Below, in pieces: positions 31,291-43,788 of a stretch of DNA of 64,000 nucleotides; position 1 is the first letter of the stretch, and each line of letters begins with the position of its first letter. The notes under the pieces are model-generated. The model was not told the origin of the DNA. It ran no database searches and saw nothing but the letters and a program-made list of their open reading frames with translations. The stretch is from the NCBI GenBank assembly GCA_025558095.1, contig JAIVFI010000006.1, positions 248,001 through 312,000 of the forward strand. Reading direction: 5' to 3'. The position numbers were made by a program, and so were the translations under genes. This DNA is from Hyaloraphidium curvatum SAG 235-1. Its lineage: Eukaryota > Fungi > Monoblepharomycota.

Positions 31291-32433
31291 ATGCCCAAGG
31301 TCGTCATCGCCGGCGTATCCGGCCTCGTCGGCCACGCGGCCGCCGAACGTTTCGCTGCCGCCGGCTTCGACGTCGTCGGCGTCTCCCGCCGCGTCCCCAC
31401 GGACCTGGACAAACCCGGCATCACGCTCCTCTCCGTCGACCTGACCGACGCGCAAAAGGTCGCCGACGCGCTCGGCAAGATCGACGGTGTCACCCACGTC
31501 GTCTACGCTGCGCTGCTGGAGAAACCCGGTCTGTTCGAAGGCTGGATCGACGAGGACCAGATCGAGCTCAACGGCACCATGCTGCGGAACTTCTTCGAGC
31601 CGCTGGCAGCTAAAAACGGTTCTAGCATCAAGCACGTCTCGCTCTTGCACGGAACAAAGGCCTACGGCATCCACCACCCTTCCCTGGGATACAACGACGT
31701 GCACATCCCGCTCCGCGAACGCGACCCGCGCCGCCCCCACCGTAATTTCTATTTTGTACAAGAGGATTACCTGCACGAGCGGCAGAAGCAGGGCGACGCC
31801 TTCGCGCTCACTGTCTGGCGCCCGACGGTCATCTACGGCGACGCAGGCGGCTTCGGGGCCAACATGAACCCCGTCCCCGCCATCGCCGTCTACGCGGCCC
31901 TGCTGCGCGAAAAGGGCGAGCCGCTGCACAAGCCGTGGGCGGACGACGGCTCGCACAACCTGCAGGAAGCCGTGGACGCCGATCTTGTCGCGGACGCCCT
32001 CGTCTGGGCCGCCGATGCGCCGTCCGCAGCGGGAGGCACCTTCAACCTCACCAACGGCGACGTGTTCCTGTGGCCCATGGTGTGGCCCGCGATCGCCGAG
32101 ACGCTGGGGATGGAGGTCGGCGAGCACCGCCCCTTCTCGTTCGCCAAGGACCTCCCCCAGCAGGACGCCGAATGGGCCGCCATCGTCAAGAAGTACTCGC
32201 TCCGCGCGCCGCCCTCAATCATGGATTTCGTCGGGCTCAACTCGCTCGTGTACTCGGACATGCTGCTCGGCGGGGGGAGGAGGCAGTATGCCGTCCCGGC
32301 GCTCAACTCGACCATCGCGGCGAGGAAGGCCGGGTTTGGGGAGTGCATGGATAGTGAGGACATGTTCCGGAAGTGGTTCGGGCTGCTGGTCGAGCGCAAC
32401 CTGCTGCCTGCAGCGCCGGCGAAGAAGGAATGA
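31291..32433 (+). CDS. SDR oxidoreductase, progesterone 5-beta-reductase/iridoid synthase (PRISE)-like, intronless
   Basis: GVSGLVG, GVSRR, VTHVVYAA, GTKAYG, NFYFVQED, FNLTNGD, KAGF. Confidence 0.88.
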   Translation: MPKVVIAGVSGLVGHAAAERFAAAGFDVVGVSRRVPTDLDKPGITLLSVDLTDAQKVADALGKIDGVTHVVYAALLEKPGLFEGWIDEDQIELNGTMLRNFFEPLAAKNGSSIKHVSLLHGTKAYGIHHPSLGYNDVHIPLRERDPRRPHRNFYFVQEDYLHERQKQGDAFALTVWRPTVIYGDAGGFGANMNPVPAIAVYAALLREKGEPLHKPWADDGSHNLQEAVDADLVADALVWAADAPSAAGGTFNLTNGDVFLWPMVWPAIAETLGMEVGEHRPFSFAKDLPQQDAEWAAIVKKYSLRAPPSIMDFVGLNSLVYSDMLLGGGRRQYAVPALNSTIAARKAGFGECMDSEDMFRKWFGLLVERNLLPAAPAKKE

Positions 32434-32602
32434 GCATGCCCCTGCCGCCAGACGAAAAAGTGAGGATTCACCACGGAGAGGCGCAAAAGGGATGGAAGAG
32501 AATGCCAAACTGTGGAATGGGAATCGCAAATACACCAAGCCGCCGCAGAAACCCTCGCCGCCTCCGTCCGCCCGCGAGATCCGCACCCGTACTCCCCTCG
32601 CC

Positions 32603-34727
32603 TCAAGCGCTCTGCGGCTTCCCCCCGCTCCAGTCGATCCACAGGCTCGCCGCGCTAAGCAGCTTCCCCGTCCCGCTCCCCTTGCTCCCCGACCCCGACC
32701 CCGAGCCCCCCGCCGACGCATCCTCCCCCCCGGCCGGAACGGCGGTGCTGATCGGCCCCGGCACCAGCGCGTCCAGCGCCGCCGGATCGAAGAACCGCGA
32801 CGGCAACCCCGCGAGCGACGGCGCCGAGGTGGGCGTGGTCCCGGTGCCGGTCCACTCGACGTCCGCGGGGCCGGGCTCGGGGAAGGGGATCGGGCCGTCC
32901 TCGGATCCGCGGCGCAGGGCGGCGGAGAGGGGCTCCTCGGGGGTGGGGTAGCCAAGCATGGGGTCCGCGTCCTGCGCAGGGGTGGGGGGGTCCTGCAGGT
33001 ACGGCGCGCGGGGCCAGTCCGCGGGCTGCTCGGCCTCGACGTCGCTCCCTTCGCCGTCGGCCTCCCCGCCGCCCTCGGGCCACCCTCCGGCGTCCGTGCC
33101 CGTGCCCTCGCTCCGAGGGGACGGCTGCTTCTTGCCGCGGTCCTTCCTCACCGCCGGCGCGACCGACGGGCGGGGCAGCTTGCCGGTCTGCGACAGCTTG
33201 CGCTTGGCGTAGTGGCTCGGGCTGCGGCCGCGCACGACGAGGGGCATCGAGTGCACCTGCGCGATGTGGAGGAGCTCGCCTTCGGGGGTCGAGCCAAGGA
33301 GGTCGACGAGGAGGGAGAAGGTGTTGCCGTCGATGGGCTTGCTGCCGGGGACGGGGTTGTGGCTCGATGCGTGGCGGAACTGGAAGCGGTAGAAGATGGC
33401 GACCTGTAGACGGGCTATCAGCCAATGCGCAGGCTTTTTCGCATCGTTAAACCCACGTCGGCGGTGTCACGCATCTTCTTCTTCTTGCTCCGCGACACGT
33501 CATCCTCCCTGAACGGGTCCCCGCCCGGCACCAGCTGCACCGGCTCCGGCTTGCTCGTCGGCCCAAAGTCCCTCTGCACGCCGCTACCGTCAGCAACAAG
33601 CACGACGGCATGCCCCGGAAGAGCCCACCTTGGAAGTGCACTGCACCAGCTCCACGTTCGCGTTGCGTGCGTCCACGGCCCGCACCTCGACCCACCACTT
33701 TTCGATCCGCTTCTCGCCGTCGTCGGTCTTGACCGCGACCTCCTCCACCGGGTCGTCCAGCGGGCCGAGGAGCTCGACGGCGGCCTTGAGGTGGATGTAA
33801 TTTCTGTTTAGGTGGGGGAGAAGCGGGTCGGACTTTGCGTGCCCGGGCCTGCCCAGCCTGAACGGAGGATGCCCACCTGCGGTAGATGATCCACTCGCCC
33901 CCGTCGTCCTCGCGGAAGAAGGAGCGCTGGCAGTGCAGCAGGATGCGCGAGGTGACGGGGCCGTCTGCGCCGACCAGGGGGAGGATCTGCACGGTCATGG
34001 CGCCGGTGAAAGGGCCGGCCGGCGGGGTGCCTATTTGGCGGGAACCGGGTCAGCAACCCGATGCAAACAAGGGGGCAAAACATGACAGCCCACCCTTGTG
34101 CTCGCCGCGGCGGAGATGCTCGCCGTCCGAGTCGGAGCCTGCGGCCCGCTTGGCCTTGGGCACCCTGGCCTTCTTTGCCGCCTTCTTCGGCTGCGCATCG
34201 TCTCCCCCCTCGGAATCGGATCCCGAGCCGGCGGAGCTGCGGGGTTTGCGCTTGCCGTTGAGGCCGGCGACGCCGCTCAGGCCCAGGCCGACTTGGTTGC
34301 CGGGGTCTGCGGGGTCGGGCGACACCGAGGCGACCGAGGGCGCAGACGGGTCGGGGGTCGGCAGCTGCACGGCGTGCGAGGCGTGGCGGGCGTGGTGCGG
34401 GCGGAGCATGGGGTGGGCGGCGTCGGCGGGGCGCGCGGAGCGGGGGGTAGTTGCGGCAGCCGGTGTGGGCTCCTCCTCGGGGGGAGCGGGCGGCGCGGCC
34501 GGCGGGGCGGCCTCCGCTTCAGGCGCACCGTGCGGAGCGCGGGCGGAGTGTTCGCCGTCGCGCGAGTCGCCGCCGGGCGGAGTGTCGTCGGCGCCGCGCG
34601 GGCCGCGTTGCACGAACTCCGCATTGTCCGCCGCGCCGCCGTCGCCGCCGCCGCCCGCGCCGGCCAGAGCCACGCGCAGAGGCCGCCGCCCCAGCGCGTG
34701 CAGCTCCGTCGCGGACGTGAACCGCAT
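32603..34727 (-). CDS. NDT80: NDT80/PhoG-family transcription factor, multi-exon
   Basis: Spliced IYRR|NY, FYRFQFRHASSHN, SMPLVVRGRSPSHY; low-complexity termini and a basic NLS-like segment. Confidence 0.8.
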
Positions 34728-35011
34728 CGCGGAAAGGGGGGATGGGAGGTGGTTGCGCGAAATCCGCTGCCGGCTCGCCGCGGCCGCAGTCAACACTCGA
34801 ACGACGCCAACTCGATTCGCGTCGTGTGCCCGCCTAATTATATCGGAACCTTTATTTTGTGGCTCTGGACAGCTCAAGCAGCGCCGACCGGCCCTCGGCG
34901 TGCGGTATTCGCCGCGGCCTGCCAACCCGACCACCTCCCGCTGCCTCCCTGTCCCCCGGCGCGAAACTCTCACGCCCAGATAATTGAATCTCAACTCTGT
35001 CGTTGGCCGCC

Positions 35012-35971
35012 ATGGAGACCGTCAGGAAATGGCACCCCGGCATCCCTCCCGAGACGGCCGCGCACATTGAGCGCCTGACCGCCTACCGCCCCCCGGAACC
35101 AGACGACCACGTCGTCTCGAAACGCGCATCCGTCATGGTCGCCCTGACCATCGACCGCCGCACCGGCGAGCTCCACACCCTCCTCACCCTGCGCTCCTCC
35201 AAGCTGCGCACCCAGCCCGGCCAGTGCTCCTTCCCCGGCGGGCGGCAGGACCCCTCGGACGCGAGCAAGTGGGCCGCCGCGCTGCGCGAAGCCCGGGAGG
35301 AGGTCGGCCTGGAACCCGCCGAGGCCGTATACCTCGCGGAACTATCGGCCCGGGTGTCGATGGCCCAGGCGGTCGTCTCGCCCTTCGTCGCCCTCGTCCC
35401 GGACGACTTTATCCCCGTGCCCAACGAGCACGAGGTCGACGCCGTCTTCCGCGTGCCCCTGCGGACCTTCCTCGGCACCCGCGGCAAATCCTACGTCGAC
35501 TTCCGCCTGGACGGCTTCGGGCCAGACGTGTACGAGCGCAACCACGGGTGGCACGTCCAGCCGCCCGTGGGGCAGGCGTGGTACAGCGAGCATTTCCGCT
35601 CGGTGCTCGAGAGGGGCGACCTCCCCACGATCTCGGCGTCGCCGCACTCCCCTTTTGTTTCCCCGCCCACCGCCCCGCGGCCCCCGCCGGGCGTCTTTCT
35701 CGCCCCGCCACCCGAAGGCGGCCCGCCCCTCCCCGTGTTCCGCGTGTTCGGGCTGACGGCCGAGATCGCCATCGAGGCCGCGTGCGCCGCGTACGGGGAG
35801 CAGCCCAAGTACCTCTTTAAGCTGGCGAAGCAGCCCAGCGCGGCGGAGATGGTGCGGATGTGGATGGCGGGGGGCGAGCTGGGGAGGGGTAAGATGGTGG
35901 GGAACGGGAGGGAGGAGGAGGGGGGTGGGGGGACCGATCCGTCGCTGGAACAGTCGGGGGGGAGGCTGTGA
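35012..35971 (+). CDS. Nudix hydrolase, CoA diphosphatase (PCD1/NUDT7-like)
   Basis: LLTLRSSKLRTQPGQCSFPGG, Nudix box AALREAREEVGL, PNEHEVDAVFRVPL, VFGLTA; ends in GRL. Confidence 0.88.
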   Translation: METVRKWHPGIPPETAAHIERLTAYRPPEPDDHVVSKRASVMVALTIDRRTGELHTLLTLRSSKLRTQPGQCSFPGGRQDPSDASKWAAALREAREEVGLEPAEAVYLAELSARVSMAQAVVSPFVALVPDDFIPVPNEHEVDAVFRVPLRTFLGTRGKSYVDFRLDGFGPDVYERNHGWHVQPPVGQAWYSEHFRSVLERGDLPTISASPHSPFVSPPTAPRPPPGVFLAPPPEGGPPLPVFRVFGLTAEIAIEAACAAYGEQPKYLFKLAKQPSAAEMVRMWMAGGELGRGKMVGNGREEEGGGGTDPSLEQSGGRL

Positions 35972-36361
35972 GAGCTCCGGGCGCAGGAAATGCAGCATCA
36001 CGTGCTGGAGATCCACCATCCGTGCTCTTTTAGTAGGATCCGACGAGTGAGAGTCTATTCCCATGGTCATCGGGCAACGGGCTTTTTGGCCGCAGGCCGG
36101 AGCGGAACGTTTGAATCCTTCTCCCAAACTCCGGGCCGGACCATCCGCAGGCGGCCTTTCGAGCATCGGAATCGTGCGCTTTGGGCGCGATTCTTCCGGT
36201 CCTGGCCGTGGTTCGCAAGAGGAAGCGTCCCAGGGGCTCGCCGCGCCGGCCGGCCGCCGGAGGAGTCAACGACGGCGCTGCGCTCCAACTCCGACGTCTT
36301 CTCTGCACTTTCTCCGACGAAAGGACTTCCTTCCCTCCCTGCTTCCTGCTGCCGACGCGCG

Positions 36362-36877
36362 ATGCCGCCCGTGCCGGACCTCCGAACGCAGGACGACCGC
36401 TTCGCCCGCCTCGCCTTCTCCCGCGCGCGCAAGGCCTGCTCCTCGGCCGGCGAGCCCAAAGCCGGAGCCGTGGTCATCTCGTCTTCCGGCGCCGTGGTCG
36501 CCGAGGGGTTCTCCGGGGAGCTCGAAGGGATGCATGCGGCTGAGCTGGCGGTGCTGCGGGCCGGGGCCGGGAGTGCGGGTGGGACGCTGTACACGACCTC
36601 GGAGCCGTGCGAAGTGCGGGCGTCGGGGACTCCGTCGTGCGTGGACAGAATCGTCGAGAGCGGTGTGGCCAGGGTGGTCATCGGGCAGCCCGAGCCGGCG
36701 TGCGTGGGGGTGTGCCACGGGACGCTGAGGATGGAGGCGGCGGGGATCATCGTGGACACGCTGGAGGGGTACCACGGGATCGTCAAGACCGACAGCTGGC
36801 ATTTGCTTCAGCCGCACAGCCCGATTCTGGCGCCGACGAGCCCGCGGAGCCCGGTTTTGGAGCGGAACCTGTGGTGA
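36362..36877 (+). CDS. CMP/dCMP-type deaminase-fold protein (RibD/Rib2-like)
   Basis: GAVVI, GFSGELEGMHAAE, TLYTTSEPC...SCVDRI, VARVVIG..EP. Confidence 0.8.
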   Translation: MPPVPDLRTQDDRFARLAFSRARKACSSAGEPKAGAVVISSSGAVVAEGFSGELEGMHAAELAVLRAGAGSAGGTLYTTSEPCEVRASGTPSCVDRIVESGVARVVIGQPEPACVGVCHGTLRMEAAGIIVDTLEGYHGIVKTDSWHLLQPHSPILAPTSPRSPVLERNLW

Positions 36878-37307
36878 AAGGGACGCGGTGGATGGACACT
36901 TCTTGCGCACTTCTACAGCACGGGAAACGGAAAAACATGTTCTACAGAGAAGATACTGTACAGTCCGACAAAGAACCGAAAATTGGGTCTTCTACTGGAA
37001 CTGGTCGGCGTCGATCTGCAGCTCCGTGAGAATCACATTTGGTCGCCCGCCCTGTTCAAGACGACGTGGCAGGATCCTTCGACAATGCTGGAGGATGAAC
37101 GCCTGCCTCCCCGGATTCGGAAGTGGGTAGCGTCCTTCGTGGCTTCGGCCTTGAAGGTGCGCGAGACGCACCCCGATCCGGAGCTCTGAATCGCCAAGGC
37201 GATGGCGGAGTGGATTTGACAGAAAGGAATTGATGGCGGACACAGCTTTTTGGCGCGATAACCTAGTGGCATCGATCTACGTCGTGTATTACGACGCCGA
37301 CGGAAAT

Positions 37308-37329
37308 ACCAGACCAGACCAGACCAGAC
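37308..37329. repeat. (ACCAG)4 pentanucleotide tandem repeat
   Basis: Seen directly in the sequence. Confidence 0.8.
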
Positions 37330-37681
37330 AGGCCACATATTGCCCCCCTGATCCGTCCAGCCTGCCCAAATCTTGTTCCCAGTCCGCTCGCACCAGCCTG
37401 ATCCACCAGGCCACACAGCGACTTCAAAGTTGCAACGAAGCGAGGGCTTCATGGCCAAAGTCACCTCGAAGGCACCGTTGGACGACATTCCGTTGCTGCA
37501 ACTCCATAAAGCTTCCGAGCAAACACGTCTGACGAAGCCAATCGTCCGTGATATGCTTCAGGGCTCACTCCATAGCCCACAATAGCGAAGACCACGAAAC
37601 GATTCCAGAGACGCGCTCCCTGGTCCCGGCAAGTCGTTCCCTCCGATAACCGCAACAACCCGTCCGTTTTCTTGTCCATAA

Positions 37682-38038
37682 TCAGCTTTCCGTAACCTCC
37701 GGCAGGCCGGCCGCCCGCCACGCGTTCATGCCCCCGGCCAACTGCTTCGCGTCGTACCCCAGCTCCCTCAACCACCTGACGGCCGGGATGCTCCTGTGCG
37801 CCGAAAGGCACACCGCCACCACCGGCCGCGACCTGTCCAGCATCTTCTCCACCGCCGCACCGGAGAACGACGTGATGGGCACGCTGACGGCGCCGTCGAT
37901 GTGGCCCCGCGCGTGCTCGAATGCCGTCCGCACGTCGAGGAGCTGCGGCGGCGAGGGCGACGCGAGCTCGGCGCTCAGCGCGCGGGGGTCGACCTCGGGG
38001 ACCGTGCCGAAGGGGATCCACGAGAAGAGGGAGGACAT
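37682..38038 (-). CDS. single-domain rhodanese (sulfurtransferase)
   Basis: LLDVRT..EH..GHIDGA, active loop VCLSAHRS, LAGGMNAW. Confidence 0.9.
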   Translation of the reverse strand: MSSLFSWIPFGTVPEVDPRALSAELASPSPPQLLDVRTAFEHARGHIDGAVSVPITSFSGAAVEKMLDRSRPVVAVCLSAHRSIPAVRWLRELGYDAKQLAGGMNAWRAAGLPEVTES

Positions 38039-38480
38039 GGCAAGGATATGCGGCGGGGATTTGGGCGACGGGGAAAGGGAGAGGGCTGACCAATCAGGCT
38101 GCCGGGCAACCCGTCGTCGGAGACGAGTGTTCGGAGGTCCGAGCGGATAATTCTGCCATCAGCGATGCCGGGAAGCTATAGATTCACAATAAAGAGATGA
38201 CTTGATAGAGCCGCCTGTGATTGCCACAGGCCTCAAGCATCTGGGCGGTTCAGGCCATCAGATCACCAGCCGAGTCCCAAGCTTGAGGCGGGAAGATACG
38301 ATAGAATGTTGCGGTGGCCTTGATTACTCGAATACTGATTCCCCTGCTGGGTTGCTGTGACTTGCCACTGGCTTCGAGGGCATGCTCGAAGACCCGGTCC
38401 GGCTGAATTGCCGGCCCTTGCGAACAAACGGAACCGCCAGTCACCGCTCGTTTCTGCCCACCGCGGCTCCAGCTACCGCG

Positions 38481-41400
38481 ATGAGCGACCCGACGGCCGA
38501 CGCTGCCGTGCGGCGGCTGGCGCAGGTCGCTGCGTCGTTGCGGGAGGGCCCGACGACGCTCCGCATCGGCGACACTTCCTTGCCGGTTCACGGCGCGGGG
38601 AGCGCCCCCGAGCGCGTGCCGCGCGACGTCTCGGTCGATTTGGGCCGCTCAGACGTGCGTGCGCACCTCGCGTGGATGGCCAAGAAGGAGGCGTTGGCCC
38701 AGGATATGTTCCTGTTGGGCCCGCCCGGCCCGCTGCGGCGGCACCTCGCGCTGGCCTTCTGCGCGCTCGCCCGCCGCGAGGCCGAGTACGTCGTGCTGCA
38801 CCGCGACACGTCGGCCGAGTCGGACCTGAAGCAGCGGCGCGAGATCACGCGGGACGAGCGGAACCGCCCCGCCGTCGTGGACAACGATCCCGCCGTGCCC
38901 GGCGCACCCCCGCCGGACGCCTTCGAGGAGGCGCACGGCGGCATCCGCCTCAAGGCGGAGTGGGTCGATGCCGCAGCAGTCACCGCCGCAATCGAGGGCC
39001 GCGTGCTGATCCTCGAGGGCGTCGAGAAGTGCGAGCTCAACGTGCTGCCCGTGCTCAACAACCTGCTCGAGAACCGCGAGGTCAACCTCGAGGACGGCCG
39101 CCACCTCGTCAACCCGCACTTCTACGACACCCTGCTTTCGTCGACACACCACACGCCCGAGTCGCTGGCCGCCCTCAAGCTGGTCCGCGTGCACCCCAAC
39201 TTCCGTGTGATCGCCCTCGGCCTGCCCGTGCCTCCGTACCGCGGAAACCCGCTGGACCCGCCGTTCCGCTCGCGGTTCCAGGTGCGCTGGGTGGACGGCT
39301 GGGGGATCGGCGCCAGCAGGCTAGGCGAGGGCCGCGTGGTGCGAGGCATCGGCGGCGACGGCCTGGGCGCTGGCGACGGCCGCGACGGCATGCGCAAGGT
39401 CGTCTACCTGATGGAGACGATCCGCTTTAGCAAGAAAATCGGTGGGTAGACTGATTCGTCGGCAGCACCGTGCTGGGCGGCGGACCAATGACGGATCACT
39501 GATCACTTGTCTCCCCGTGATCCACCTCCCTCCGATCGCTTTACTTTCCCGTTCATGCAGACGAACCGCTTTCGTCGACCGGCCCCAGCGGCTCCACCCT
39601 CCCCCCCTTCCCCCAGATCTCTCTCCCCACCCTCCTCCACTTCGCCTCTCTCTTCCCCGCCGACCTCAGCGGGCCGCAGCACCTCCTCTCGGTCGTCGAG
39701 CGCATCTATCCTTACGGCGCCCTCCTGGGCGGCATGAACCGCGACCAGACCGACGCCTGGATCTCGTACCTCGTCCAGTTCGGCCTCGCCCCGAAGGACC
39801 TCGTCCCCCCCAAGAGCGCACTCGGCCCCGCGGAGCCCGAGCAGGCGCCGGCGGACGACAACCCCACCCTCGCGAGCGTGCGCGCCGTCAGGGCGTCGCA
39901 GCAGCGCGCGGCGAGGTTCAGCCAGCAGGCCAAGGAGAGGGCGGCGTTCGATTCGCGGGTGGCGGGGATGAGGAGGAGGGCCAAGAGGAGCGTGTACGAG
40001 GCGAGGGCTGTGCAGGGGGGCAAAGGGGTGGCGAGGGTGGCGTTCGCGATCGCTGGGGGTGGCGAGGCGGTGCTTGAGGTGCCTTGCGGTGGGTCTCGGA
40101 GCGCTCCGATCGGCGGCTACATGGCACTGATCCTTTTCACGCTTCTTGCGACCCACAGGACCGGCGCCCGTCGTCGCTCCGCCCTTCTCCACCGGCGCCC
40201 CCACCGTTCTCGTGCCCTCCCCCGACCCCGCGACCCCCCCGCACGTCTCCACCCCCCGCTTCCGCGACGCCGTCGCGCGCCTCGTGCAGGCCCACGCCAT
40301 GGGCACCGACGCCTGCCTCGTCGGCCCCAAGGGCAGCGGCAAGTCCTCGGCCCTCCGCCAATTCGCCGCCCTGTGCGGCTACGGCTACGGCGCGACCGAG
40401 TACATCCCCCTGTACAAGGAGATGACGGCGCGCGACCTGCTGCAGCGGCGCGGGACCCGCAGGGACGGGAGCACGTACTGGGAGGACGAGCGGCTGGTCG
40501 AGTGCGCCAAGGAGGGCAAGCTGTGCGTGCTGGACGGGGTGGAGATGCTCGAAGGAGGGGTGCTGGCGAGCCTGCAGCGCCTGGCGCAGGACAGGGAGAT
40601 GCCGCTGCCCGACGGCGGGTACCTGATCTCGGAGCGGACGGCGGAGAAGATCCGCGCCGAGACGGGGTGGACGAGGGAGGAGCTGCTGGCCAGGAAGGTG
40701 TTCCCGGTGTCGCCGGCTTTCAGGATCGTGTGCGTGGCGAGCACGCCCAACAGCGCAGGCAGCGGGGGGTCGAGGCTGGAGGAGACGATGCCGTGGTTGA
40801 CGGAGGAGGTGGTCAACATGTTCCACTTTGTCGTTTGGGGCCAGATGGAGCGCGCAGAAGAGGAGGAGATCGTGCAGGGTGGGTTGGGACGAACATTTCG
40901 CGTGGGTCGCGCTGACGCGCGCTGACCATCGATTCGTCGCCTGCCTACAGCCGTGACAGGATGCCCCGCCGGCCCCATGGCCCAGCTCTTCGACTTTGCC
41001 GGCCGCCTGCGCTACATGTCTGACGACGAGGGCCAGGGCAACAACCTCTCCAAGTCGGCACAGCTCTCCACGCGCCAGCTGATCCGGATCGGGCGCCGTC
41101 TGGCCGAGCACGAGGGCGAGGACCTGTGGCGGGCCATCAACCGGGCCTGCCTGGGGCCGTTCCTGCCGATGGCCGCCAAGCAGACGCTGGAGGGGATGCT
41201 GGCCGAGTGCAGCATCCCGAAGCCGCAGGGGACGCGCAGGGTGGGCTTCATTGGGGCGCTGATTGGATCGGCGGTGGAGTTGACGTCTTCTTCGCTCTGC
41301 AGGACATTGGCAAGCCGTACGTCGACGTTGATCCCAACGTGCCCGGCGGGCACGCCCGCCGACTGCACATCGGCGACATCTCGGTCCCCGTCTACGAGAT

Positions 41401-43788
41401 CCCGCCCTCGGACGTCGAAGGCGCCGCGCTGGTGCCCCGCGTCCCGACGCAGTTCTTCGACAACGATCTGCACACCCTGGTGATGCGGGAGATGGCCATC
41501 GACTTCAACGGCGGCGAGCACCTGCTCCTGATCGGCAACCAGGGCGTCGGCAAGAACCGGCTGACGGACCGCTTCCTGGAGCTCATCAACCGCCCGCGCG
41601 AATACATCCAGCTGCACCGCGACACGACTGTGCAGGCGCTCATGGTGCAGCCGACGGTCGAGAATGGCGTCATCTTCTACAAGGACTCGCCGCTGGTCCG
41701 CGCCGTCAAGATGGGCCGCGTGCTCGTTGTCGACGAGGCCGACAAGGCGCCCGTCTACATCACCGCGGTGCTCAAGTCGCTGGCCGAGAACGGCGAGATG
41801 AACCTGACGGACGGCCGCAAGATCCGGCCGCCGGGATCGCAGTCGCTGGGCCGCGGCCACGAGAGGGACATCACCGTGCACCCCGACTTCCGCCTCATCC
41901 TGCTGGCCAACCGGCCCGGGTACCCCTTCCTGGGCAACGACTTCTACAGCCAGATCGGCGACGTCTTTGCCACGCACGCCGTGGACAACCCGGACCCCGA
42001 GTCGGAGCTGGAGCTGCTGGCGCAGGCCGCGCCGGGGATCCTCAAGGGCCGCCTGAGGAGGCTCGTGTCGGTCTTTGGCGAGCTCCGGCAGGCCTTCGAC
42101 GACGGCCTCGTCTCCTACCCCTTCTCGCTCCGCGAGCTCATCAACGTGGTCAAGCACATGCAGGTGAGCCGGTCACGCGGAGCTGGTACCATAATCGCGC
42201 TGATCACTTCGAATTGCAGAAATACCCCGATGAGCCTCTGGACAGCGTCTTGCGCAACGTGTTCGACTTTGACGTGATGCGCAAGGAGTATCACGAGCTT
42301 CTTTTGGACATCTTCGACAAGTTCGAGTGAGTTCGGCGTTTGTGGTCCGTTGTGGCGAATGCTGACCCGGATCCGTGTTCCCAGCGTGCCCAAGCGCGGA
42401 CTTCGTCTCGGTGCCAACGCTCTCGAGGGCAACGCCACCCTGGAAGACAAGGAGCAGATCACCATTGCCTACGAAGGACCGGGTCCGGTGATGGAGATCC
42501 CTCCCCACGGCGGCTTCGTAGACACGGACGCGGACGCGAAGCACAGGGGCGGCAACCAGTTCCAGGCCGGCAGCGGCGGATCTTCCACGCCCGGCCAGGG
42601 CGGCCGCTCCGGAACGCACCGCATGAACGTCTCGGGCGACGTTGTGTTCCAGGTCGCCGAGGAGCTGAAGCAGCAGGTCTCGGACGAGATTCGCAGCGCC
42701 GCGCTGGAGTCGGCCAGGGAGAGCCTGCTGCGGAGGCTCAAGGAGATGAACATGTCGGGCAAGGAGGCGGCGCAGTACAAAGACTTTTACGACAACGTCA
42801 GGAACGAGGTGCAGCAGCTGCGCGTCGTGCTGGAGGGAGTCCAGGCAAAGGTGTGGCGTTGTGCAGCGCAGTGGTTGATGACGAACCTCAACGGCAAATT
42901 GCAGGAACGCGAGCGTGTCTGGTTGAAGAACCAGATCGAGGGCGAGCTCGACGATCGGAAGCTCATCGACGGGCTCACTGGAGAGCACGCCATCTACAAG
43001 CGGCGCGGGGAAGAGAGGCCCGAGTTTGGTGCCCCGCAGAAGAAGCCGAAGAGGCTCAAGTTCCTTTTCGATCTGAGTGGCTCCATGTTCCGCTTCAACG
43101 GGACCGATGGACGTCTCACTCGGAGTCTGGAGGCCGCCATCATGGTACGTGGCGCCGTGTCCTGTGCCATCCAACAATGCTTACACTTGTGATGCGCAGA
43201 TCATGGAGGCACTTACTTCGCTCGGTCACAAGTACTCGTACGACATGATTGGCCATAGCGGATCTTCGGAGGATGTGCCCCTCGTCAGCCACGAGCACCC
43301 GCCTCAGAACGAGATGGAGAGGCTCAAAGTCGTGCAGGAGATGCTTACGCACACCCAGTACACGGGCAGCGGCGACAACACCCTTCCTGGTTGGTTGTCA
43401 GCGCGGGCATGGCTGACTTCGTGACTGACGAACGCAATCCCAGCCACGCGCAAGGCCATCCAGGACATTGCGCAGGAGGATGCCGACGACCACGTCGTCG
43501 TTGTCCTCTCGGACGCCAACCTGCGGCGCTACGGCATCTCCACCAAGGACTTTGGCAAGATCCTGCAGAGCGACCCGAAGGTCACCGCGGTCTGCATCTT
43601 CATCGGGACCCTCCAGGACGAGGCTCAGAACCTCGTGAGTGAGCTGCCGCCGGGCAAGGCGTACATTGCGATGCAGGGCTCGGACATTCCTCGGATCATG
43701 TGGGTACTTGACTGGGCGATCGTGTTGGTCGTTGCTGACAGCCCTGATTCGCAGCCGGGAAATCTTTGCCAGCACCATCGTGACCTAG
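38481..43788 (+). CDS. VWA8: von Willebrand factor A domain-containing protein 8 (tandem AAA+ modules + VWA), multi-exon
   Basis: QDMFLLGPPG..LHRDTSAESDLKQRREI, GPKGSGKS, GNQGVGKN, DEADKAP, GELDDRKLIDGLTGE, MIDAS DLSGSMFRFN, SDANLRRYGI. Confidence 0.93.
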
